64,000 bases of DNA from Isurus oxyrinchus (taxonomy: Eukaryota), in assembly GCA_026770705.1 (NCBI GenBank), contig JANJGN010000036.1, positions 2,666,001-2,730,000 of the forward strand, read 5' to 3'. This document shows, piece by piece, positions 23,899 through 35,429 of this stretch. The position numbers and the translations under genes are program-made. Below the pieces are notes generated by a model. The model searched no databases and had not been told where the DNA came from. It worked only from the letters and a program-made list of their open reading frames with translations. Every line of letters starts with the position of its first letter. Position 1 is the first letter of the stretch.

Positions 23899-25372
23899 TA
23901 GGAGAGGAAAGAGGGAGAGAGATCACGGTCTGCTTCCCGAATATGACGTGTTGTGGAAAGTTTCCTCTGTTGGCCGGGAAATTTCGAAACCCAACCAGTG
24001 CAAATTCAGGCGCATTTTTGTGATGTCGCCCAGAGCGGGAACTGAATAATATCTCAATGTCCGCTATTCTAACGATGAAGTATCGCCTGCAGTTCCAATC
24101 CACCCTCTCCGGGTTTCTGTTAGCTCGTATTAGTGTTTATCATTGCATTCCGAATCGTTATGCAGTATGTGACAAGATATTATTCAAATAGGTTTCACAA
24201 TGCATCTGTGCTCAAGTTACCTATATAGTTAAACAGCTTTATAACCAATGTTAGCTCTGCGATTACCGTTTTTATTTGAGCATTTAGACCAGTTGCTCCC
24301 AGGGTAATTTTGAGGCCAATTTAAAAATGCATTTATGGAGCGAATGTAGGCAGGAGAGAAATCGGGTTATGGAATGACAGATACTGGATGGGAATTTGGG
24401 CTGCGTTGATATGAAAACTGCAGTGTTAGCGGACCCCGAGCCTTCAGTGGTTGGGTCCTGAGAGTGAACAACGTTACATTTACTCGTGAAAGAAGAATAT
24501 TTATATATCATCCACTCTTTTGATAATGCAGTCGGTGGATTCTTCCGACTAAAATCACGGTTTCAAAGACACTGAAAGCGCAGCAGGAGGCCATTCGTTC
24601 CGTCACGCCTGTGCCAGCTCTTTGGATGTTCCCTTTAGCCCCACACAACAGCTGTCTCCCCATGACCCTACGAATTTTTCCTCTTGACGCACACATGCCA
24701 GTAAATGTTAGCATCTATCCTGCTTACAGCACCACCCAGCGGCTGTGACTAAAATAGGTTTTACGCCGATGTTGATAATTCGCAAACATGAACACAATTC
24801 GATCCTGACATCGGAAGGTCTTTCAAATACGTGAGTAAATGCTGGTTCACTGAGATGATGCGATTTACTTCCATTACATCTTTAACAATATAAATATTAA
24901 AAGCTGGATTGGAAGCCCTTGGTGTGCTGATTAATGGATATTTTTGTAGGTGATTAAGCTTTGATCTGCAGAACGTCTTGTGATTCCAGTTCCTCGCGGG
25001 TAGAAACATCCCGAAATTGACACCATCGCATTTTACTGTAAAGATTCATTCTGCACAGATACTTCGAGAGTATTTCCAGACACTTATTAAAAGATGCAGC
25101 TGGAAAGGCTCATTCTGCTAAACACAGCTCAGCTGCCCAGCAGGTTTCTGTCCTCCTCAACCTGCAGGTAAACAATTGTTTCCTTACAAAAAAGGCAGGG
25201 AATCCAGCGAGCACTTCCCTATTCTCCTTACCCAGAGAACCACTCCTCGTGCTGATCACCCTGTGTGTCATAGACCTCCAGTCGTCTTAATATTTGGACC
25301 GATTAACCCGTCAGGCACATTGGAGACTTGAGTTCCATTTGGCTGGATCTGGCAATCTGCCTGATCATGGGT

Positions 25373-26453
25373 GATGGTTAGGAAATATATATAGCTTAAG
25401 TAATTTATATGTGCATTTGGGTTTCCTCTGTATAAAATAGATGTTTCAGTTCAGTTTTATTTTATATATATATTTTTTTATTTGAGTGTTAAAATGTGAA
25501 ACCTGGGATATAGTTTCAGTTTTGTGTAGAGGCAGAGGTCCGAAGCACTGTTTGTACACTTGCATTTGCAATTGGTTTTTTGACTCTTAAAAAGAAGGTA
25601 AATCAAACACAAGAGACGAAAAACCTTTGCTGTTGCGTAGCAATAGGGGACCAGAGAGGCAGGGCTCACACACACGCACACAAACACACACACACACACA
25701 GACACATACACAAACACACATACACAACAGAGAGAGATAGAGTGACAGAGAGAAGGGTGGGGTTGGGAGGAAAGTTGGGAGTAGAGAAAAGCAGCAGTTT
25801 CAGTTCACTAGGGAGGAGCTGCCAGAGAGAGGCAAGGCAGCAGAGGGACAGATAGCAAGTCCCAAAATGATTTTGAAGCCAAGACTCCAGAGATGCAGTC
25901 TACTGGGAGAAGGAGCGACAGAGAGCAGGTTTTCCAAAAGAACCAACAGCTCCCAAGGCCAAGGAGCGAGACAGGAACAGAAGAATGTCCCAAGGTGGCT
26001 TTCTAGCCAAATGAAGGACAGTAACACAGAAAAGGTCCTGCTTCGTGAAATTAAGAGTGAGGGGCAGAGCAAGGTTCCAAACTTTAAGCTTAAAGAGAGG
26101 AAGTTGCAAGAGGCTAATTTAATTCGAGACATGCTTGAGACGAGGCAGAATGTCCAAGCAGACAGCTAATGGTCTGTAACTATTTACTATGGGAATGTGA
26201 ATCAGTGCTGTGCTGTTGATGATAGAGTTAGTGAAATAGAATCTGTGGAGGAACGATTCATTGCAAGTGGTGATCCTGTGGAGAGAAACATTGGAAGGAG
26301 AGTCGAAGCCCTGGAGGTGGACACTTGCGGACGGCGTAGGGGAGAAAGCATCGGTTTGGGAGAAGTTCTCAAAACGAGTTCTTGGAGAGGGGAGATTAGA
26401 AAGCCTCTTCTGAAAGATGAAAATCAGTGAAATTGATTGTCTCACGGTGTGAC
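25373..26453. mobile_element. Possible solo LTR (second copy about 41271-42385)
   Basis: About 1.1-kb block beginning TG.. and ending ..TGTGACA with an internal CA/GA microsatellite; no TSD recognised. Confidence 0.35.
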
Positions 26454-26899
26454 ACACGCCTTGTCGGGCGGGAAGTGTGGGAGCGTGGCGGTGGGATTTG
26501 AAGAGAGTCCCATAGCATCTGTTTGGGGCGTGGGGCGCATAATGGGTCGAGTTGTTTGGATATTTTCTATATCCCTAATTTACCATGCAAATCTACCTGT
26601 GGAGTTACAGGAAGGAAGCTCTGTGCAGGCTGTTTCTTAACTTCAGCCCCTCACGTGTCAAAAAGGGCAGCTGCCAGTGAGGGAGAAACACCATCAGACA
26701 CTCACTGGGCTGCCACCGAGAAGGTGGTTGAGGAACTGAATGACCCAATTCGCATCCAAGTTTGAGAATTTTACAAACGAATCAATAATCTGCCAGATGC
26801 TAGTTGACAGGAAATAGTTAACGAATCCTTCAGAGACCCAGTTAAACTGGTTTGAAATTTACAATGACGTGCTTTAAAGGTGGATTTATGGCTTTAGGC

Positions 26900-29570
26900 C
26901 ATAGTTTTAAAAATATTCCCAGGATGTGTGCTTCGCTGGCTAGGCCAGCGTTTATTGCCTACCACTAATTGCCCTCGAGAGGTAGTGGTGAGCTGTATTC
27001 TTGAACAGCTGCAGTCCACGTGTTGTAGGTACACCCACAGTGCTGTCAGGGAGGGTGTTCCAGGATTTCAACCCGGCAACAGTGAAGGAACGTCGATACA
27101 TTCCCAAGTCACGATGGTAATTGACTTGGGGAACTTCCAGGTGATGCTGTTCCCATATAGCTGCTACCCTTGTCTTTCTAGGTGGTAGACATCATGGGTT
27201 TGAAAGGTGCTGTCTAAGAGCCTTGGTGAATTCCTGCAATGCATCTTGTAGAAGGTACACAATGTGCTACTGCACTTTGGTGTTGGAGGGAGTGACTGTT
27301 TGTTCATGGGGTGCCAATCAAGCAGACTGCTTTGCCCTGGACGGTGTCCAGCTTCTTCAGTAGAAGCTGCACACATCCAGGCAAGAGGGGAGTACTTGAA
27401 GCAGGAAAAATGTACATGTCTAGATGTTGTGTAACTTGCAGATCGTGGTGCCCCCTTCTGCCCTTCTTCTTTGAGGTGGCAGAGTTTCCTTGTTTGGAAT
27501 GTGCTGCCGAAGGGGCCTTGAGGAGTAGCTGCAGTTCACCTCGTGGATACTCCACGCTGCAGCCACTGTGCGTCGGTGGTGGGGCGGGTGAATATTTGAG
27601 GTTATGGATGAGGAGTTCGTCAAGCAGACTGGACCAGTGACAGCGTGGTTATCAAGCCTACATCTTCGAGAAAGATTGAAATGAGCAACATAGTCATAAC
27701 TGACCACGAGAAATCGCACGAAAATTCGCTGTCTGACAGGTGATTAAATAAATGGAGCTTATTTTATACTCCCTCCACATGTTTAAATGATCCCTTTGCT
27801 CCTGCAGAGACCTGATTAAAATATCTGAATCGCTCGACAACTAACATCCCATTAACTGGGTACCTTATAAAGTGGGAAAATGCGTAATTGAATCTCCCGC
27901 CTAGGCTGATTTAACTCACCTCAGTGCAGGCCAGAGAATCCACCCAGTTTTTAATGGCATTTAAGTACCGAAGTGTGCCACGTACTGTTTTGAAAGAGAT
28001 TGAACAGTATTGCAATACATCACCAAGTGGTGCAGCCACGTTATTTACCTCATCATGTCGTATGAATAAATTATACATTTTTTTGGAAAACTGAAGTATT
28101 ACACAGTCTGTAGCGGTTTGCTGTCCAATCGGCTGGTAATTGGCATTTATCCCAGTGTGCATCCCTGGCAACTGCAAGTAGAGCACAGAGTCCTATGTCA
28201 CGGTTGATGTCCGATATCTTTCTCCAGAAGGACCGCTGCCTCTCTTTGCACATTTGCTTGACAAAGACACATTGCACCAATTAATCTCCCCTCTTCTCCA
28301 TTTAATCACTGGCTGATCATTTATCTTCATTACCTCCCCACCACCCACAACACACCCCCACGCCAACATCCGCCCCCCCCCACCCCACCCCCGCTGCTCT
28401 TTGTTTGAAACTTATAAAGTGAGTAAACGTATCGAGCTCTGGTCTGAAGCATTAAGTCAGTGACACTCATAGAAAAACGAAGTGTAATTCAGGTCTTCAG
28501 AAGACAAAGACTTGTCTTGTAAATGTGAACTCTATTTGTAAATGTGGTGAGCAACATACAATATTGGAAGCAAGTGACGTGGTTTGCATCATATGTAATG
28601 TCAGAAATTAAGGGTCGCGTAAGAACGTTTATAAATGTTCATGAATAATATGTAATTTAGTAGAAAGAACGACTTTTCCTCAAATTCCCTCACCCCCTTA
28701 CAAAGCCTCATGCCTCCCGCCCAAACAAGTTTTCAAAATCATTTGAAGTTTTGCAGATGGATTTGCAAGGTTTTATTTATCGGTTCTGATTTCAGTGAAA
28801 TATTGCTCACTTCCATATCTCCCCCTTGCAAATTACACCAGGTGTAGTCCAGTTGAAATGATTTGCGAGGGGAAAGTTGACTGTTTGGCCGTCAGCTGGC
28901 TGCTGAAGTTTGGAAATTGCACCTCGAATGCAGTGGATTATTTGGCAAATTCTGTCTCCTCCACAATTCATCAGAGTAAATCCATCCCGGGTTCCCATCT
29001 GCGACACGCCTTCTTTTTTGATCACTTTTCCAATGCAGCAAACTCCAGGGAGGCAAAGGGAGGCCCTCCTCGAGACTGGGAAATATATTAAACATTAACA
29101 TTAAAAGCAAGTAAAAGACAGGTCAGGTAATCACTCCAACATTTATCAAAGTCTTTTCTGACTTTTCTCTGCGTTCTGTTAAACAATGCTCAGGTCTATC
29201 TCCACGCTGAACTTGTGGCTGCTTTAATGTTCCTGCCATTTGACATTGATACTATCCTCCCCCTTGGTGAATCCCCCTGATGGTTTCCCCTCTGCCCGTG
29301 CAGTAGCTCCAGTGTGCCCGCAGAGGGAGGGTTTGTATCACTTTAATCAAATGATAGAGAAAAACGTTTACGGAGATGAGGATTTGGCCCTTTTTAATTC
29401 ATTCATTCACACAGAGACAAAAGAACACCAATTGCAACCAGCCCTGTTGCTTCTGACATGACGTTAGGCTTTTCACCCCCAATGCCAAATCAGTTCCAGA
29501 ACTGATATTTAATTTTTGCCCTTGGAATTATTTTTCTCTTTCGGTATTTACCTCAATTCCATTTAAAACT
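26900..29570 (+). repeat. Segmental duplication, colinear with about 61650-63950
   Basis: Continuous homology through the B-type terminal exon and its flanks. Confidence 0.9.
26910..27640 (-). mobile_element. L2/CR1-type LINE 3' ends (two tandem fragments); related pieces near 20730, 33290, 57365 and 61660
   Basis: Minus-strand peptides AVCLIGTP, YKMHCRNSPRLL and NIHPPHHRRTVAA, typical of this LINE C-terminus. Confidence 0.75.
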
Positions 29571-32500
29571 TAATATCGACAGCGGAAACTGAGCCAAAAA
29601 CTCACACATCGACACGCGTACACACACAGAGTGACACAAATAGGCACAAAAATACACACGCACAGACACGGAACGACACAGGCGCGCACATAAATATCTA
29701 TATTATACACACACAGACACATACACACAAACAAACACAAAAAAACTGGATTGGAACAAAAATGCAAAGCAAGTGTTAGGTCTTGTAAATCCTGGCTGAT
29801 GTGCCAGAAAGAAAAGTGCAGAAAATTGTCGAGGGGTCTTGGAATCAAACTTGAAAGATCATGGAACGTGTTAGCATCTATCAATGGAATCAGTGTTGGG
29901 GTTGAACTGGCTTAGGCACAGTGTTAAATATGGAGAGGGCGTTCGGGATAAACTGTTCAAATGGCTCAGTTACTCACTTTTCATTGTGGGATCTCTTGTC
30001 TCGTTCTCATGAAAGGAGAATCTGTAATTCGCAATTTAAAACTGCGAGAACGGAATCACATTGGAAAACCAATTATGAAAATGTCCCTGATAAGCAGTGA
30101 TCCTGACCTGATCTGCCGCTTTTATGTGTCCAAATGTAAATGAGAATCAAGAGTGGAACTGGGATCGCTGCCACCATTCTGACAACATTAAGAGTCGGAA
30201 TGCAGCATCCTACAGAGAAAAAAAAATAGAAACTGCTGCTCGGTCAAATCATTATTTTCTGGGATTCCCCCCATGGGATACCTGACCCAGTTAAAAGTTG
30301 GTGCCTCAAAAAGCCAGTGTGACAGATCGCGGCGAGTGGACGCACAGAATGAAATATATGAAGCAAGGTTTTCGAGTTGAGATCAATTGGTGGACAGCAC
30401 TGTCAGGATTGGTCCAAGCTTATAATGTATCAGGATGAAAAGTTCTTACTAATGTCTACCTGGAAACTGAACTGAGGAATCACAGACTGAACCAACACGG
30501 AAGGAGGCAGTTCGGCCCATCATGTCTGTGCCAGCTCTTTGTGTAAAATAAATCAACACATTTTCACCTTTGGTTCTCTGTCGGTGAAAAGAGCTTCTCC
30601 TTATTCACTCTATCAAAACCATTCATGATTTTGAGCATCTGTGCAAAAAGTTCCCGTTAACCTTCTCTCCTGTAAGGAGAACAAGCCCAGCTTCTCCTTT
30701 CTCTCCACATTAACGGGCGCATTCTGGTATATGTTCAAAGTACCTTCTCCTAGGGCACAACACTCCAGCTGGGCTCTGACCAGGCTTTATAAAGTGCAAG
30801 TTTCCCTTCTATATGATTCCTCCATTATTTAAGCCGAGGTCTCCCAATGTCTGTTAGTGACAATCACAACTTGTCTTGCCACCTTCAGAGATTAATGTAT
30901 ATGCGCTACCTCCCAATGAGAGTTCAAACCGATCAGTTCCAAATAACCCAACTTCAATGCCGGTTGATAACCCGAGGTAGTGTTAAATCCGAATTGCTGA
31001 TATCACCAACTGATATTAAAATTAATCTGCATTTTTCCAGGTAAATGCAGATTGATGAAGTACATTCCGCGAAATGAAGATGGAGACAGGGGGAATTGAG
31101 CGGTCGCCACGTCCCTGCAGATGCATGGTTTTTCCCCAGCTACCTTTCTTCACTACTTTCTGCTCGTAAACGTATTCAGTGTGGAACTAATCTCAAGACT
31201 GTTCCTCATTCACTGCCTGAAATTACGGGGAATCTGATTGAATTATAACTTTCTTCAGGGATTTCGGGTTATTTAAGGAGATTTTATGAAGGGGAAAGTG
31301 TTACAGGTTATTGGGAAAGAGTGCAATTAATTGAATATCCACTTTCTGTGCTGTATCACTCTGTAACTTTAAGATGTCGCATAGTAACATAAGGCGAGTC
31401 AAGAAAGTCTCCCACTCGGAAACAATAAGTTATGCCAAGACATTGAATGCACTTTTTACTTACGTTATAGACAGACACAAACGCATGCATACATATGTAT
31501 ATAAGATATATGTATATGCACAAACATACACACATAGAGACACACATATTCATACGCACACATATTTCCAGGCAGGCATACACACCCGTACATTATATAT
31601 ATATATATATATATATATCCATGGTATTCTGTGGATGTCCTGGAATGATTAATTCGGGCTATTATAAACTACCGAATTACTCCAACCGATACTTTGAATA
31701 AAAGCCTCCATTGAATATATCACCAGCTCACCTGTCCCTGCCTCTGCTGCTGTGGACAACGTGCTCTTGGTCCAATATTTTTTTCTGGAGACCCCAGTTG
31801 AACAATATAAGTGCACACAGCGTCTCTATTCCAGGTTTCCCTCGTCACCATGACGTGGTTTCTGATACTGTAGGTCCCGCCCGCCTCACTTGTACCGGGA
31901 TAGCTCGGTCCCTCGGTGACCCGGCCGGAAATATTGTAGAAAATAGCAGTCTGGTTGGTGAAACACCACTGACCAAACACACTAAGGGGGCGGTTTCCCT
32001 CAAAGGCAGGTCACCCGGCGGGGCAAACACCAGCAAAACCGTCTTGTTGGTGGGACTGTCCGGACAGAGTTTGCGGGACAGTTAACGATTAATTTGCACG
32101 ATATGTTAATGTTGTGTACGACCTGAAGTCATTTCAATTACTCTCTCACCTCCAACCAGTGGAGTCGATCCATTCTGGAGAAGTGCATAGCCATCCTTCT
32201 CAGCAAAGACAAGCTTCAAATTTGTCGAGGTCGCAGGTTTAGAAGGTGAACGCATGGATTTCGGAAAGTAGCATCATTGTACTCCACCTCATTTATTCTG
32301 TGAAGTGGTTGTACAAGACTTTTGATAACATCTGGCCCACACATTCACATGGAGATTGTGAATTTGTTGAAAGAACTCATATTCGCTGTTAACTATTTTT
32401 GGAAATAAAAATACTATCGGCTAACTGAGAAGGAGACATATCGACAAGATTCGTGTCTTCCCACACACACTGTTTGTACCAGAAATAGCTCGGCACCAAT

Positions 32501-32939
32501 TCCACTTCGTAAATGTAGTGACAGATTAATTCCACCGTGTCTCCCACTTCAGCTGTCATTATGAAGGGACCCTGAAACAGAGAGGTCTCGGATTCTGCAA
32601 CTAGAGAGATTACTGTTACATTACCACAAGTTATTGAGAGAAAGGACGCAACCGCTTTGAAACACATCGCGTTAATTCAAGAACAGTCATATCATTATTT
32701 TCAATTAGTCTTGGCTAGATTAATTCTGGAATTTGCGGGGTTTTTTCACTTTATGGGAGGAACCAGTAAATCAACTCACATGATCGGAGAAAATCCCTTC
32801 ACCTGAACACTGGGTCAAAATTTCAGCTTAGTTTCCACTGTTTCTGCTGATTCACTTTAAAATTTTCACCCGCCTCTTACTCACCAGAAAGTCGTAGCAG
32901 TTGGGAAATGAGCATCAGCGGTAAAGATTCCTTGGACAT
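29022..32939 (-). pseudogene. Family-B pseudogene B2
   Basis: Leader 32885-32939. V 32150-32600, with a stop and an insertion at about 32210-32340 replacing DSGxYYC. C1 31732-32059 (acceptor AG>GG, frameshifts). TM 30108-30209 (CCIPTLNVVRMVAAIPVPLLILIYIW). Cyt1 29978-30008 (acceptor lost); cyt2/3 not found. Terminal exon 29022-29075 SRGGPPFASLEFAALEK*. Confidence 0.9.
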
Positions 32940-34409
32940 CTTGATGCGGTGAGTTCTCCCTGTTTTCGCTCTCACCAGTTTGTTACCGCTGGTCGAGTCG
33001 CCGCAGACTGACCTGAACTCAGTCCCAGTGAGTTGCTCCTCTTTCAGATGCGATGGAAACTACGACGAGCTATGCTATTGAACAGATGACACATTTTAGG
33101 TACGGGTCCTGGTGAGTGCCACATGCATTTAACACACTAAGGTCACCGTCTGTGCGTCACGGCTGTCAAGTAGCTGAATGTTTTAAAGAACTTTACTGGG
33201 CTGTCGTTCACGGGGGCGGCGGTGGGGGTAACAGAATACTAATTCTATGGTGGATCCTCAATGTTGCAGTTAAAGATTGATTCATTCCCGACATGAAAGC
33301 CTCAACGGCAAGGCAAACATATATTAACCATCTCTAATTGCTTCTTGAGAAGATGATGGTCAGCCGCCTTCTTGAGCTGCTGCATGCCACGTGCTGTAGG
33401 TACACTCACAGTGCAGTTAGGAAGAGAGTTCCAGTATATTGACCCAGTGACAGGGCGTCACGTGGCTTAGACAATGCTTGCAGGTGGTGGTGATCCCATG
33501 TAACTGTTGCCCTGGTAGTTCAAGGTTGTAGAAGTCGCAGGTTTGGAAGGTGAACGCCTGGTATTCAGAAAGGAGTATCTTTGTACTGCATATAATTTAT
33601 TTGGTGAAGAGTTTTTACAAGATTCTTGATACACTCTGGTTAAGACCGAATCTGGGAAACGTGGAATGAAATAGGCTTGGATTGATTTGTATGTGAATTA
33701 CTAGCATCTTATTCTCCAAAACACAAGTTATGTAGACCTAGAGTGGAATTCTAATGGGACAAACACGTTCATTCACGACACATATAGAGAATCTTAGTGA
33801 ACGAATCTCTTTCGAATTCAGTTCTTCTCCTTAAAAGTTCCGTGCACTGCCCTCTTTTCTGTTAAGTCTCATTGACTAGGTTTTCAACTGTCTTAACCTG
33901 TGATATAAAACACCAATGGCGATTTACCTGAATCCAGTGTACTGAGTTCGTGGTAGAATTCTATTTGCCAAGGACTTGATTGATCCCGTGATGGGAGTTT
34001 CAAACAATAATACATATTTCGCTTTGTGTTTTAGGCTAAGTGCGTTCACAGCAGTTCAATGGAAAATTCAGTGTGCAGCTACGACGTGCAACAAGCTGTC
34101 AAGCATCTTTGATGTTACAGTTTATAGAGTTACATCGAATTCACAGCACAGAAACAAGCCATTCGACCCGAATGCTCGTGCTCATCTTCATGCTCTGCAC
34201 GACCCTCCTCCCGTTCTTGATCTCACTAAAAAATCAAACACTTTTCTTCCTTTCCTCCTCGAGTGTTTGTTCAGGTTCCCACTTAAATGGATCTCTGCAA
34301 TAGCTTCAAACATTTCCTATGGGAGAGGGTTCCACATTCTCTCCACTGCCTGTTTAAAAAAAGATTCTGCTGAATTCCCACATGGTATTAATGCTATTAA
34401 TGACCCATA

Positions 34410-35150
34410 GTTACCGAGGGACATAGGAACACGGGGTTAGGCCATTGCGCCCTTCGAGCCTGCTCCACCATTCAATAAGATCTTGGCCAATCTGGTTTTA
34501 GTCTTGAACCCACTTTCCTGTCTGCCGCACACAGGCCTTGACTACCTTGCCGAAAAAATCGGTCTAACACGGCCTTGAATAAATTCAAAGACCCAACATC
34601 CACTGCATTCTGGGGAAGAGAGCTCCACGCACCGGCGACCCTTTGGGTGAAAAATAATCTCCTCATTTCTGTCTTAAAATGGAGACTTCTATCTTTGATC
34701 CATGCCCCTAACTTTGGCCACAACAGGAATCATCCTCCGGGTATCCGCCCTATCAGGGCCCCTCCGGAATTTGCATGTTTCGATAAGATCATCTTTCATT
34801 CTTCTAAACCCCAATGGGAATTCCTGAATTCTCCGAGATTCGCGGTTGTATTTATTGATGACGTATATTTTTGAAATCCTGCAGATGTAGAATCATCTTC
34901 CCCTCCGTCTGCCGAAATAAACCATTTCGTCACTTTAAAGACCTCGATCAGGGTACCCTTCAAACTTCCCCCTTTTTAGAATAAAAGAGCTCCAGCGGGT
35001 TCATTCTTTGCTGTTAGAAATAAGCTCCCTATTCTGATATCATTCGTGTGAAACATTAACTGCACCTTTTCCAGTGCCTCAGTATTCATTCTAGAATATG
35101 CAGAACTGTGTTCTGCACTCCAAGTGTGGCCTAAATAAGCTATTGGTCTT
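34410..35150 (-). mobile_element. CR1-type LINE 3' fragments in the B2/A2 spacer
   Basis: Peptides FKTEMRRLFFTQRVAGAWSSLP and LFRPHLECRTQF. Confidence 0.75.
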
Positions 35151-35197
35151 TGGTGAAAAAACATTTGATGAGTGCGCTACGGCACTTTGGCCTGTAA

Positions 35198-35214
35198 TAA
35201 ACAGGAAAACCGCA
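35198..35214 (+). promoter_or_regulatory. FOX:ETS plus RUNX-like element upstream of A2
   Basis: TAAACAGGAAAACCGCA about 185 bp 5' of the ATG; FOX:ETS core conserved in A0 and A3. Confidence 0.5.
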
Positions 35215-35386
35215 GATAGCTGTCTACATCGGCACCATTTTCCAACCCCTTTCGTGTATCTATGAATAAACACAGAAGGTCATTCATCTGCACATTGTAC
35301 ATCTCCTTCACACGGCGCGATCGAGAACGAGTTCTCAGTGAGTTTCGGGTCGGGGCTCAGAGTCTGATCGCCTGAAGTTGCGGAAA

Positions 35387-35429
35387 ATGAGCTTCCTCGC
35401 TGTGTGTGCATTGTCCCATCTCTTCCAGG
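35387..35429 (+). CDS. A2 leader exon
   Basis: MSFLAVCALSHLFQ + G|gtgaga, 43 nt; homologous 43-nt exons in A0 and A3. Confidence 0.8.

Larger units (their letters stand above)
22600..26900 (+). repeat. Segmental duplication, colinear with about 38600-42850
   Basis: Continuous homology including TM and terminal exons, shared LINE fragments and the LTR-like block. Confidence 0.9.

Noticed and set aside
31388-31415. 12-nt match to the B cyt1 exon on the plus strand
   Set aside because: Too short, no splice sites; likely chance.
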